NCBI GenBank assembly: GCA_016180645.1
Contig: JACPAV010000033.1
Location: forward strand, 62,001-95,842
Source: Nitrospirota bacterium
GTDB taxonomy: Bacteria; JACPQY01
Length of the DNA stretch: 33,842 nucleotides
Direction of reading: 5' to 3'
Part shown: piece by piece, positions 17,101-25,762 of the stretch
Position numbering within the stretch: position 1 is the stretch's first letter
Layout: each line of letters opens with the position of its first letter
Program-made: the position numbers and the translations under genes
Notes under the pieces: generated by a model
What the model saw: only the letters and a program-made list of their open reading frames with translations
What the model was told of the DNA's origin: nothing
The model's database searches: none

Positions 17101-18042
17101 TTATGATGCTTGGGACCCTTCCAGAAGTCCCGCAAGTTTGGCGGCGATCTCACTGAACGGCGCGGGAATCTTCCCATGCTCCGGCCCGGCGCCCACGGCC
17201 GGATCGAAGGGGACGGCGGCGAGAAGGGGGATTCCCAGCTCACCGGCGATGTTTTCCAGGCGCTCTGCGCTCAGGTTCCCGCCCTCGAAGATATTCTCGA
17301 CGTGGCCGCAGTGGGAGCAGGTTTTTCCCGCCATGTTGACTACTAGTCCAAGCGGCCGGATGCCGGAATCCCGCGCGTAGGCCACGGATCGGCGCACCAC
17401 GTCCAATGCGATCGCGGAGGGGGTGGTCACCATGACCGCGCCGTCCAGATCCGGAATGAAACTCATGAGGGCGGGCGGCTTGTCCGCGGCGGCGCCCGGG
17501 GGCAGATCGGCCAGCCACCAATCCAGTTCGCCCCATAGGATGTCCGCCAGCAGTTCCCGGAGGACCGTGTATTCCAGGGTGCCGAGCCAGACGGGACTCA
17601 GCTCCATGGGTCCGTTCCACCGGGTAGGCGAGCCATGCTTCAGGAGAAAATCGAGCGAGGCGATTTTCATGCCCAGAGGTCCCTCGATCGGTGTCGCGCC
17701 ATCGGCCCGAAAGGCTAGGGACCGGCCATTCAAGCCGAGCAGCTTGGGGAGGCACGGGCCGTTGAAATCGACGTCCAGCACTCCTACCCGATTTCCCAGG
17801 GCGGCCAGGGCCGTGGCGAGGTGCGCGGTGACGGTGCTCTTCCCGACGCCGCCTTTGCCGCTCATGACGAGGATTTTTCGTTTGATTCCGGCCATTCGAG
17901 CATGCACCGCGGAGGTCTGTTCGTGAATTTGGGAGGCGATTTTCGCATCGTCCGCAAATCTAATATTTTTGAGAATGGTTTTCAGGTCGCCGCTCACGAG
18001 GGGGATGCTAGAAGATTCCCCCTTGCGGGTCAATGGATCCAT
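17101..18042 (-). CDS. Mrp/NBP35 (ApbC) family Fe-S cluster carrier ATPase
   Basis: SGKGGVGKST deviant Walker A, LDVDFNGP, DLPPG, MVTTP, VNMAGKTCSHC. Start trimmed to ATG 18042 to avoid overlap with the divergent gene. Confidence 0.9.
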   Translation of the reverse strand: MDPLTRKGESSSIPLVSGDLKTILKNIRFADDAKIASQIHEQTSAVHARMAGIKRKILVMSGKGGVGKSTVTAHLATALAALGNRVGVLDVDFNGPCLPKLLGLNGRSLAFRADGATPIEGPLGMKIASLDFLLKHGSPTRWNGPMELSPVWLGTLEYTVLRELLADILWGELDWWLADLPPGAAADKPPALMSFIPDLDGAVMVTTPSAIALDVVRRSVAYARDSGIRPLGLVVNMAGKTCSHCGHVENIFEGGNLSAERLENIAGELGIPLLAAVPFDPAVGAGPEHGKIPAPFSEIAAKLAGLLEGSQAS

Positions 18043-18121
18043 CCCACGGCCTGGGAGGGCCGTTTGACATCGGAAGGGTGAGCGGGGAAGATGCCTGGAA
18101 CGGTCGCGAAACGAATCCAAG

Positions 18122-18544
18122 ATGAGAGCCATCTGTTTATTGATTGTCGCGGGCGTGCTCGCGGCTGCGGGCGCGCAGGACCCTTTGAAGGTGTCCTTGG
18201 AAAAGCTTGTGCGCTCGCCGGAAGAGTTCGTGTCGATCCCTCTGGTCGAGGTGGAGGGCGTTCTCAAGAACGCGGGCCAATCCTATTTCAAGGGGGCGCG
18301 TTTTGAGATACGCGATGGAGGGTCGGCCCTCGAAGTGGCGCCGTGGCTTCCCCTCGAAGTGGCGCCGCCGAGGCCGGGTTCGGATACTCCAAGACGAACG
18401 GTGATGTCGGACTTCCTCAGCAAGAGGGTGCGTCTCCAGGGCCGGATTGTGCCGGCGGGCTCGGAAGGGGCGAAGGACAAGAAGGAAACGCATCGATTTT
18501 CAGTCGAGCGCGCCGAAGTGATTTCCCCGGAGAGGCTGAAGTGA
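18122..18544 (+). CDS. Small exported protein, probable OB-fold
   Basis: 140 aa. Signal peptide MRAICLLIVAGVLAAAGA. Pattern LVRSPEEF...VEVEGVL...FEIRDGG...KRVRLQGRI. Confidence 0.65.
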   Translation: MRAICLLIVAGVLAAAGAQDPLKVSLEKLVRSPEEFVSIPLVEVEGVLKNAGQSYFKGARFEIRDGGSALEVAPWLPLEVAPPRPGSDTPRRTVMSDFLSKRVRLQGRIVPAGSEGAKDKKETHRFSVERAEVISPERLK

Positions 18545-20415
18545 TCTTGAACCCGCGAACGCCGATTGCCGCGCTTCTCATCGGGTGTTTGGGTTGTGGG
18601 GGTGGGGACGAATCGCAAACCCGCCAGTACGCCGCTCCCTCGGACCCCGCCTCATGCCCGTCCGTGGCCGCCGAGAAGAAAGTTCTCGCTCGATCCCGTC
18701 TTGCCCCCTATCCCCGGCCGATTTCGTGCGCCTTCCGGCCGCGTCCGTCCCTGCTCGATCCCCTTACGGGTCGATTCTTGCACACGGGCCGAGCGGTGCC
18801 CCAGCTCGGAATGCCGAATGTGAGCCGGCGCGATTTCACGCTCCCGGAACGCCCCGAGCCCCGACAAATCGTGACACCCCGCCCGGCGATTCGGGACGTG
18901 CGCCCCCCCGGCGAGATTCGCGTTCTGATTCTCTTGGTGGATTTCAACGACAACCCCCACGATTCGGGCATCCCCGTGTCGAAAATCGAGGACACCTTCG
19001 TCGGCTCGATCTCCACCGGTAGCATGCGGGAATACTATGAGGAAGTTTCCTACGGGAAACTGAAACTTTCCGGTCAGGCTTTCGGCTGGCGCTTCATCAC
19101 CACGTCATCATCGAGCAAGTGCGGGAGCACGCCGATCTATTCCTGTTACGTGAACGAATCCTGCGGCGAGGGATCGGGATTGTGTCCCTCCGAGCCGAAC
19201 TCCCTAACCCTTGCCCGGGACGCCGTGAAGGAGTTCGATTCGACCGTGAACTTTTCACAGTTCGACGGGAACGGGGACGGGTTTGTGGATGCGCTCATGG
19301 TGGTCCATCCGGGGCTGGGGGGCGAGGAGTCGAGCCTCAAGCGCGACCTGTGGTCCTCCATGACCATGCTCTCGAACTCCCCGGTGGTGGACGGGGTGCG
19401 CGTGCGGGATTTCATCGTTGTTCCCGAGCGGAGCTGCACCGGGCCGGCGCGCGATCCGTGCTCCCAAAAAGGATCGGTGAACATCGGTGTCATCGCGCAC
19501 GAGTTCGGTCACATCCTCCAATTGCCGGATCTGTACGACACGGGTCGCGGCTCCAGCGACGGCGTCGGCATTTACAGCATCATGGGCACCGGCGCGTACG
19601 GTCCCGACAATGAATCCCCCTTCAAACCGACACATTTCCTGGCCTGGGAGAAGGCGCTCCTCGGATGGCTCACACCGCGCACCTTGGCGAAGGATGATTG
19701 CGATGCCCGGCTCATGCCCGTTGAAACCAACGAGGACGCGATCCGGATCGATGCGAATGGGCCGGATGATTCCCAATATTTCCTTCTTGAAAACCGGCAG
19801 CCGGTGGGATTTGACAGTCGAATGTCAGGGAAAGGGCTGCTGATCACCCACATCGATGAAAAGGTTTGCGAGGCGGGATTTGACGACAACACGGTGAACG
19901 CCGATCCGAAACACAAGTGCGTGGACGTGGAAGAGGCCCACGGGGGGACCCAGCAGTTGGACGCGGACGAACGGGAGCACAATCAGGGGACCGCGGAGGA
20001 TTTCTTTCCGGGTCCGAAGGGCACGAAGACGGAGTTTAAGCGCGACAGTGACCCTTCCTCGGCGCCGTACATCGACGGGCTCCGGAAGGATTCCGGGGCG
20101 AATGTGGCTTTGACGAACATTCGGCTGGACGGATCCGATGTCCGCCTCTGCGCTTCGGGCGCGGCCGCCGGTTGCCCCGCCGCGTCCGAAACGGACATCT
20201 CCACCGCGCCCGAGACCGCCATCGGAAAAGGGACGGAGTCGACGAACAGCACGGGGGCTGGATCGGGCGCCTCCACGCCGGTGTCCAAGCCGGCGTCGGA
20301 GCCGGCGTGGGGGTGTACGGCATATTCGTTTTCCTCGTCCGGCACAGGCGGGCTATTCGACCTTCTCGCCCCGCTCGCGGCGTGGCTCTTCCTGCGTCGC
20401 CGCCGTTCCGGTTGA
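18541..20415 (+). CDS. M6-family (immune inhibitor A-like) metalloprotease with lipobox-like N-terminus and MYXO-CTERM tail
   Basis: GTG 18541 overlaps the upstream TGA. VLILLVDFND, SMREYYEEVSYGKL, FDGNGDGFVD, GVIAHEFGHILQLPDLYD, YSIMGTG Met-turn, QYFLLENRQ. Ser/Thr linker then GCTAYS...LLAPLAAWLFLRRRR. Confidence 0.9.
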   Translation: MILNPRTPIAALLIGCLGCGGGDESQTRQYAAPSDPASCPSVAAEKKVLARSRLAPYPRPISCAFRPRPSLLDPLTGRFLHTGRAVPQLGMPNVSRRDFTLPERPEPRQIVTPRPAIRDVRPPGEIRVLILLVDFNDNPHDSGIPVSKIEDTFVGSISTGSMREYYEEVSYGKLKLSGQAFGWRFITTSSSSKCGSTPIYSCYVNESCGEGSGLCPSEPNSLTLARDAVKEFDSTVNFSQFDGNGDGFVDALMVVHPGLGGEESSLKRDLWSSMTMLSNSPVVDGVRVRDFIVVPERSCTGPARDPCSQKGSVNIGVIAHEFGHILQLPDLYDTGRGSSDGVGIYSIMGTGAYGPDNESPFKPTHFLAWEKALLGWLTPRTLAKDDCDARLMPVETNEDAIRIDANGPDDSQYFLLENRQPVGFDSRMSGKGLLITHIDEKVCEAGFDDNTVNADPKHKCVDVEEAHGGTQQLDADEREHNQGTAEDFFPGPKGTKTEFKRDSDPSSAPYIDGLRKDSGANVALTNIRLDGSDVRLCASGAAAGCPAASETDISTAPETAIGKGTESTNSTGAGSGASTPVSKPASEPAWGCTAYSFSSSGTGGLFDLLAPLAAWLFLRRRRSG

Positions 20416-20566
20416 CCCCGCACCTATCCCGGCAAATACTTTTCCCCGGTTGGATCGAGGTGACACCCCGATGCTTTCAGATCGCCAGACCCGAACCCGC
20501 TGCCGCCGAGCGAGAGGATAGGTGCGGGGTTGACTCTTCCCCCTTGCCCGTGATACTCGCACGCGC

Positions 20567-21379
20567 ATGAAAGCCATGCCGAAGCACGGACGCTTCGTCC
20601 CCCTTCGCCGGCCGGGTCGACCGTCCTGGTCGCTTCCGGCACGGCCTGCACTTCCTGTGCGCCGCCTGTGCGCGGCGACGCTTCTGACGCTGTTTCTCCC
20701 GGTCGCGTCGGTTCGGGCGGACAATGTCGGCGCGCCCGCCGGGGTCCTCGGGCGCCACAAAGTCGGCTTTTCGGTCAATTCCGGCGTTTTTCAGCGGGAT
20801 GTGGAATTCAAGGAGGGATTAAGCCAGGCGGGAGCGGCCAACGAGGACAAGGCCGTTTTGACCTCCATCCGCCCCATCGTGCTCAAAGCCCAGGGGAACA
20901 TTCTCGATTGGCTCAACCCCTACGCCCTCTTCGGCATCGCCGATCTGCGTCTGGACGAAAACAACTACGAAGGGACGATGAAGCCCTATGTCGGGGGGGG
21001 GGCGGTTTTCCGGGTGGTCGATTCCCTCGAGGCGGGACCCGACATCAGTTTCCAATTGCACTCGGCCTACACGTACAGCAACGCGTACATCTCAAGCGAA
21101 AATGAGAGTTTCGATCTGAATTACTGGGAGGTCCAGGCGGCGCTCATCCTCCACAAGCGCATCAGCAATTTCATTCCGTTCATGGGGATCGCCTACTCGG
21201 ACACGTTTTTGTCGGAGCTGTCCGGCAACAACGCGAAACTTGATTACGGCGCGCGTACCGTGCCGGTGGGATTGTTCGCGGGTCTCGACTATTTCATCAC
21301 ACCGAACGTGTACATTCACTCGGAGCTGCACAATTTTGTGGAAGATGCCATAATCGTAGGCCTTGGTTTCGACCTCTAG
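20567..21379 (+). CDS. Outer-membrane beta-barrel protein
   Basis: Signal peptide ending ASVRA. Alternating amphipathic strands with aromatic residues. C-terminal IIVGLGFDL. Start uncertain (20567 or 20576). Confidence 0.7.
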   Translation: MKAMPKHGRFVPLRRPGRPSWSLPARPALPVRRLCAATLLTLFLPVASVRADNVGAPAGVLGRHKVGFSVNSGVFQRDVEFKEGLSQAGAANEDKAVLTSIRPIVLKAQGNILDWLNPYALFGIADLRLDENNYEGTMKPYVGGGAVFRVVDSLEAGPDISFQLHSAYTYSNAYISSENESFDLNYWEVQAALILHKRISNFIPFMGIAYSDTFLSELSGNNAKLDYGARTVPVGLFAGLDYFITPNVYIHSELHNFVEDAIIVGLGFDL

Positions 21380-21382
21380 ACG

Positions 21383-22033
21383 ATGAAAATATTTTTGGAC
21401 AGCGCGAACATTGAAGAGATCCGCCAGGTGAACGACTGGGGCATCCTGGACGGACTCACGACCAACCCGTCCCTCATCGCCAAGGAGAAGCGCGACTTTC
21501 ACGACGTGGTGAAGGACATCTGCGCGATTGTGAAGGGGCCGGTGAGTTTGGAAGTCGTGGCGACGGAAGCCGACAAGATGGTGGCCGAGGGAAAGAAGCT
21601 GGCCAAGATCGCCGACAATGTGGTCGTCAAAGTGCCGATGATTCCGGAAGGCCTCAAGGCGATCCGCCGACTATCGGGAGAAGGGATCCGAATCAACACG
21701 ACCCTCATCTTCACGCTCCCCCAGGCGCTCCTGGCCTCAAAGGCCGGTGCCTCCTTCGTCAGCCCCTTCATCGGCCGGCTGGACGACATCGCGCAAAACG
21801 GTGTGGAGTTGATCCGGCAGATCGTCACCGTATTCAAGAACTACGGCATCCGGACGGAGATTCTCGCCGCCAGCCTGCGTCACCCTCTTCACGTCATCGA
21901 TGTGGCCCTCGCCGGCGCTCATTGTTCAACGATCCCCTTCAAAGTGATCGAGCAACTGATGAAACACCCCCTGACCGACGCGGGGCTCAAGAGGTTTTTG
22001 GACGATTGGAACAAGTCCGGGCTGAAATTTTGA
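21383..22033 (+). CDS. tal: Transaldolase (small FSA/TalC-type family)
   Basis: [26 protein letters not shown] (Schiff-base Lys), SPFIGRLDD. Glu in SLEV and Phe in PFIGR indicate transaldolase rather than fructose-6-phosphate aldolase. Confidence 0.93.
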   Translation: MKIFLDSANIEEIRQVNDWGILDGLTTNPSLIAKEKRDFHDVVKDICAIVKGPVSLEVVATEADKMVAEGKKLAKIADNVVVKVPMIPEGLKAIRRLSGEGIRINTTLIFTLPQALLASKAGASFVSPFIGRLDDIAQNGVELIRQIVTVFKNYGIRTEILAASLRHPLHVIDVALAGAHCSTIPFKVIEQLMKHPLTDAGLKRFLDDWNKSGLKF

Positions 22034-22041
22034 GTCGAACG

Positions 22042-22872
22042 ATGCTGAGATCGCATGATCCTTCCACTCATCGTCCCCGCAGCGAAGCGGATGGGACGAA
22101 CGGCCGTCAGTCGGCGTTCGACCGGTTCCGCGTCCACGTCGAAGGATTCATCTACCTCCTGGAAGATTTCACCTGGATCCTGCTCCTCGGTCCGCTTGAA
22201 GACGCGTTGGACTCCCATCCGCCGCTTTCAGGAGATCGCGTCGGCCACCCCATCGTGGCGGTGCACGGTTTCGGCCAGACGATGCACGTCTACCATAAGA
22301 TGCGCCGATACATGAAAACGCACGGGCGGGAGTTTCACCTGTTCAACTACTTCACGCCGGAATCGATCAAGAAAACAGTCGGCAAGCTGGATCGATACGT
22401 GGATCGCGTGCTGGAGAAGACCGGGGCCGAGAAGGTGGACCTCATCGGCCATAGCCTGGGCGGTTTGGTGGTGCGGTATTACGTGCAGGCCGGCGGAGGG
22501 AGCCGGAAAGTTTCCACGTGCATAACCCTGGGAGCGCCCCACGATGGGACGCGGATCTCTCCCTACCTGCCGGTGATCCGGAGCATGGCCGAGATGAGCC
22601 GGACGCTTCGGGAAAGCCGCTTCTGCCGGGAACTCAACGCGATGGAGAAGCCGGCCGGCGTGCGCTTCATCAATATCTACTCTCCGAACGACTTCTTCGT
22701 CCGATCGAAGGGGCGGGGTTCCTGGGAGGAGGCCGACCGGAATGTCGGTGTGGATTTCGTGGGCCACCTCGGGATGATCATGGACTATCGGTTCTTCGAC
22801 GTCCTGCTCAGGGAACTTCGGCCGGCGCAGCAGGCGGGAAATGTAATCTCCATGCAGGATCGGCATCGCTGA
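22042..22872 (+). CDS. Lipase/esterase (alpha/beta hydrolase, EstA/PGAP1-like)
   Basis: PIVAVHGF, KVDLIGHSLGG, ITLGAPHDGT, YSPND, VGHLG. Start is TTG 22030 or ATG 22042. Confidence 0.88.
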   Translation: MLRSHDPSTHRPRSEADGTNGRQSAFDRFRVHVEGFIYLLEDFTWILLLGPLEDALDSHPPLSGDRVGHPIVAVHGFGQTMHVYHKMRRYMKTHGREFHLFNYFTPESIKKTVGKLDRYVDRVLEKTGAEKVDLIGHSLGGLVVRYYVQAGGGSRKVSTCITLGAPHDGTRISPYLPVIRSMAEMSRTLRESRFCRELNAMEKPAGVRFINIYSPNDFFVRSKGRGSWEEADRNVGVDFVGHLGMIMDYRFFDVLLRELRPAQQAGNVISMQDRHR

Positions 22873-22888
22873 TACGAGAGGGAGAGGA

Positions 22889-23554
22889 ATGGCGAAACAA
22901 ACGGCGGCGAAATCCAAGTCGAAAACCGGATCCAAGGCGAAACAAATCATCATGGATGATTTCGACCGGGAGCTGAATGAAAGTTTCAAGTACCTCGAAG
23001 GAAAGCTGGGGGACGTGTTCGGCGGGCCGCTGGGTAGGATCGTGCGAAAGGTGGCCGATGAGCTGTTCGGGTGGTTCGTCAAGATGGGCGGGACGGAGAG
23101 GGGGCGCCGTTCATTCGAAATGATTCTCGACGAAGCGCAGAGATTCAACGGGAAGAACGTGGACGATATTATTGAAAAGTCCATGGAGGCCTATCTGAAA
23201 CTGAATGAGCTTTTCCTCCGGGCCGATCGAAATCACGAGTCTCTGGATAAACTGAAGGCGCTCCTTCACGAAGAGTATGAGGCGCGCCTGAAAATCTACG
23301 GACCCCTCATGGGCGCCACCGCCGATTCGTATGGAGAGTTGGTGCGAAAGACGTTCCCGGATCGGAAAGTCCTGGACAAGCTCATGAAAGATCAGTTTGA
23401 TGCGACGGAGAAAGTCTTGGACCTTATCGCGAATGAGAACGGCCTCATGAGGATTCCGACTCTTGTCCGCAAGCCGGTGCTGAAGGTGGTTCGCTCGTCC
23501 TACGCCTTGATGCGCGAACGTATCGAAAAAGGCACCGACAAGATCTACTCATGA
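22889..23554 (+). CDS. Hypothetical helical protein
   Basis: 221 aa. Purine-rich SD (GGGAGAGGA). Lys-rich N-terminus, charged helical composition, no recognised motif. Confidence 0.75.
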   Translation: MAKQTAAKSKSKTGSKAKQIIMDDFDRELNESFKYLEGKLGDVFGGPLGRIVRKVADELFGWFVKMGGTERGRRSFEMILDEAQRFNGKNVDDIIEKSMEAYLKLNELFLRADRNHESLDKLKALLHEEYEARLKIYGPLMGATADSYGELVRKTFPDRKVLDKLMKDQFDATEKVLDLIANENGLMRIPTLVRKPVLKVVRSSYALMRERIEKGTDKIYS

Positions 23555-23556
23555 AC

Positions 23557-23586
23557 CGCCTCTCGTCTCCCGCCTCCCCCCTCTCG
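23557..23586 (+). repeat. Degenerate heptamer repeat x4 at a gene junction
   Basis: CGCCTCT CGTCTCC CGCCTCC CCCCTCT CG. Confidence 0.6.
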
Positions 23587-23591
23587 GACCC

Positions 23592-25025
23592 ATGCTGACC
23601 CTCATCCGGCGCAAGCGGTTCCGACGATACGTCAAGATCGTGTTCGGCGTCGTCGCGTTCGTGTTCATCATCGGATTTGCGCTCGACGTGTCGAACGTGG
23701 GCCAGCAGCAGGACGCGCTCGTGGCCGCGAAAGTGAACGGGGAGGTCATCAGCACACTCGAAATTTCGCGGATCTACCGCGACCAGGTTCGCGACCGATA
23801 TTCCGAGTTGACACCGGAGCAGCGAAAGCAGCTCAACCTGCCGAAACAGGTTCTGGACGATGTGATCGAGAGCCGGCTGATCCTCGCCGAGGTGCCGGAA
23901 CTCGGCTTCAAGGTCGGCGGGGAGCAACTCAGGGAGAACATCCAAGGCCGTCCGTATTTTCAGGAGAAGGGCCAGTTCAGTATGGAGCGCTACCGGCGGA
24001 TTCTCCAGCAGGCGGGAACCAATCCGGCGCAGTTCGAAGCCTCCGAACGCGACTCCATCTCGTTGGAAGCGGTCCAAAACCTGCTCTCTGCCCTCACCTA
24101 TGTGCCTGCGGCCGCGGTGGATCGCGCCTCGCTCATGAAAAATATTCAGGCCAACGTCGAAGTATTGGAAATCGATCCGGATGAGGTGGCCAAGACCCTG
24201 AAGCCCGGGGCCGCCGACCTCCAGGCCCATTTCGAATCGCACAAGGATTCCTACAAGACGGATGAGAAACGGAAAGTCGAGTTTGTCGAGTTTCCCGATC
24301 AGTCGGCCGTGCAAAAAGCGGCTGAGGCGTTGGGCGAGTCCAAGGATCTGGCCAAGAGGGCGGGCGAGATGAAATGGGAGCTAAAGCGAACCTCTTGGCT
24401 GACGCGCCACGGGACGGTGGACGGGATTTCGGATGCGGAGAATTTTCTGGCGCAAGCGTTCCTCCTGGGGGCGGGCGAGATCGGTCCACCGCTCAATACG
24501 GGCGGGAAATACTTCCTAATCCGCGTGGCCGAAATCGAGGCGCCCCGCCCGGCGGCGTTCGAAGAGGTGAAGGAGCGGGTCCGCGCGGATTGGCTGAAGG
24601 ACAAATCGGGTGAGGCCGCGCGCCTCAAGGCGGAGACCCTTCTGGCGAAGGCCCGGGGCGCGAAGAATTTGAAGTCGCTGAAGATAGCCGGGGCACCTGT
24701 CTCCTTCGAGACCGGCCTTTTTTCCGCGGAGACTCCGTCCATTTCAAGAATCGGAGACTCGAAGGATTTCAAGGTAGCCGTTTTCGGGTTGTCGCCCGAG
24801 AAGAGATGGCCGGACAAACCGGTTCAAGTCGGGCGGAAGTGGTACGTCCTGCGGCTCGTGGAACTCAAGCTGCCCACAAAGGACGATTGGGTGAAGGACA
24901 GGACCGAGGCCCAAGACGATCTCTCTCGATTGAAACGTTTCGAACTCCTCCGCCACTGGCGTCAGACGCTCAAAGACAAATCCAAAATCAAGATCAACGA
25001 AGACGCGCTGAAAACACTTTCCTGA
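23592..25025 (+). CDS. PpiD/SurA-N-terminal-domain periplasmic chaperone
   Basis: N-terminal TM followed by VAAKVNGEVIS, FQEKGQFSMERY, FESHKDSYKTDEKRKVEFV, FEEVKERV and ETGLFS. At 477 aa it is shorter than typical PpiD. Confidence 0.85.
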   Translation: MLTLIRRKRFRRYVKIVFGVVAFVFIIGFALDVSNVGQQQDALVAAKVNGEVISTLEISRIYRDQVRDRYSELTPEQRKQLNLPKQVLDDVIESRLILAEVPELGFKVGGEQLRENIQGRPYFQEKGQFSMERYRRILQQAGTNPAQFEASERDSISLEAVQNLLSALTYVPAAAVDRASLMKNIQANVEVLEIDPDEVAKTLKPGAADLQAHFESHKDSYKTDEKRKVEFVEFPDQSAVQKAAEALGESKDLAKRAGEMKWELKRTSWLTRHGTVDGISDAENFLAQAFLLGAGEIGPPLNTGGKYFLIRVAEIEAPRPAAFEEVKERVRADWLKDKSGEAARLKAETLLAKARGAKNLKSLKIAGAPVSFETGLFSAETPSISRIGDSKDFKVAVFGLSPEKRWPDKPVQVGRKWYVLRLVELKLPTKDDWVKDRTEAQDDLSRLKRFELLRHWRQTLKDKSKIKINEDALKTLS

Positions 25026-25164
25026 GTCGGCCCGCGTCTCCGCGGAGGGGGATTCCACCCGATACGATCAAGTCATCCGCGAAGGCATCGCCTTATGTGG
25101 ACAACAGCGGTCTTGATTTGACTGGCCTCCTTATGATACGAGATCGCTCCATGGAGGTAAGCAT

Positions 25165-25671
25165 ATGAAACACGTTTTTGCAGCAGTCCTTTTCCTCATG
25201 ATCGCTGGTCCAGCGCTGGCGAGTGGTGGGGAACACGCAAAAGATGAAGACGCGATTAGGGCGGCGTGGGCCGGACACGTCGCCGGGATGAACAAGCATG
25301 ACGCGAAGGCCGCGGCGGCGTTCATGTCCGAGGATGGGGATCTCATGGACCCCATGGGCAAAATGGCCCGGGGTCGCGTCGAGATTGAGATGTTGCTGGC
25401 GGAGCATTTTCAGTCCGACATGATGAAGAACGGCACCGGCGAGCTGACCGTCACGAACGTGATGTTCATCAAGCCGGACGTCGCGGTGGTCGATGGCGAT
25501 GCGACGATGTCCGGGATGACGGGTCCGGAAGGGAAGCCGATGCCGCCCATGAAACACCACGCCACCGGTGTAATGGTCAAGAAATCAGGGAAGTGGTGGG
25601 CACAGGCCATTCGAGTCATGATGCCGCCCCCGCCGCCGGTCCCTGCCGGTCAGGCTCCGGCCAAGAAGTAG
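25165..25671 (+). CDS. Exported NTF2/SnoaL-like (SgcJ/EcaC, DUF4440-type) protein
   Basis: GGAGG SD and signal peptide. DEDAIRA...NKHDAKAAAAF.SEDG...GRVEI...FIKPDVAVVDG...VKKSGKW. Confidence 0.85.
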   Translation: MKHVFAAVLFLMIAGPALASGGEHAKDEDAIRAAWAGHVAGMNKHDAKAAAAFMSEDGDLMDPMGKMARGRVEIEMLLAEHFQSDMMKNGTGELTVTNVMFIKPDVAVVDGDATMSGMTGPEGKPMPPMKHHATGVMVKKSGKWWAQAIRVMMPPPPPVPAGQAPAKK

Positions 25672-25695
25672 CCCAGCCGAAAACCAAACCAATCG

Positions 25696-25731
25696 AAGCC
25701 CTTCCGGTCCGCCCGGGAGGGCTTTTGTTTT
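25696..25731 (+). terminator. Rho-independent terminator
   Basis: Stem AAGCCCTTCCGG / CCGGGAGGGCTT with a 5-nt loop, followed by TTGTTTT, 25 nt after the stop. Confidence 0.85.
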
Positions 25732-25762
25732 GGAGTGCTCGACACCGTTGATATCCTTCATC

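Noticed and set aside
18043-18540. N-terminal extensions of the Mrp (to 18267) and M6 protease (from 18343) ORFs
   Set aside because: They overlap the 140-aa exported-protein gene, and better starts exist at 18042 and 18541.
18064-20557. Weak sigma70 candidates (TTGACA 18064 with GAAGAT; TTGACT 20530 with GATACT)
   Set aside because: The -10 boxes or spacing are too weak to call without TSS data.
21383-22033. Fructose-6-phosphate aldolase (fsa) call
   Set aside because: It has the Glu/Phe pair of transaldolases, not the Gln/Tyr pair of FSA.
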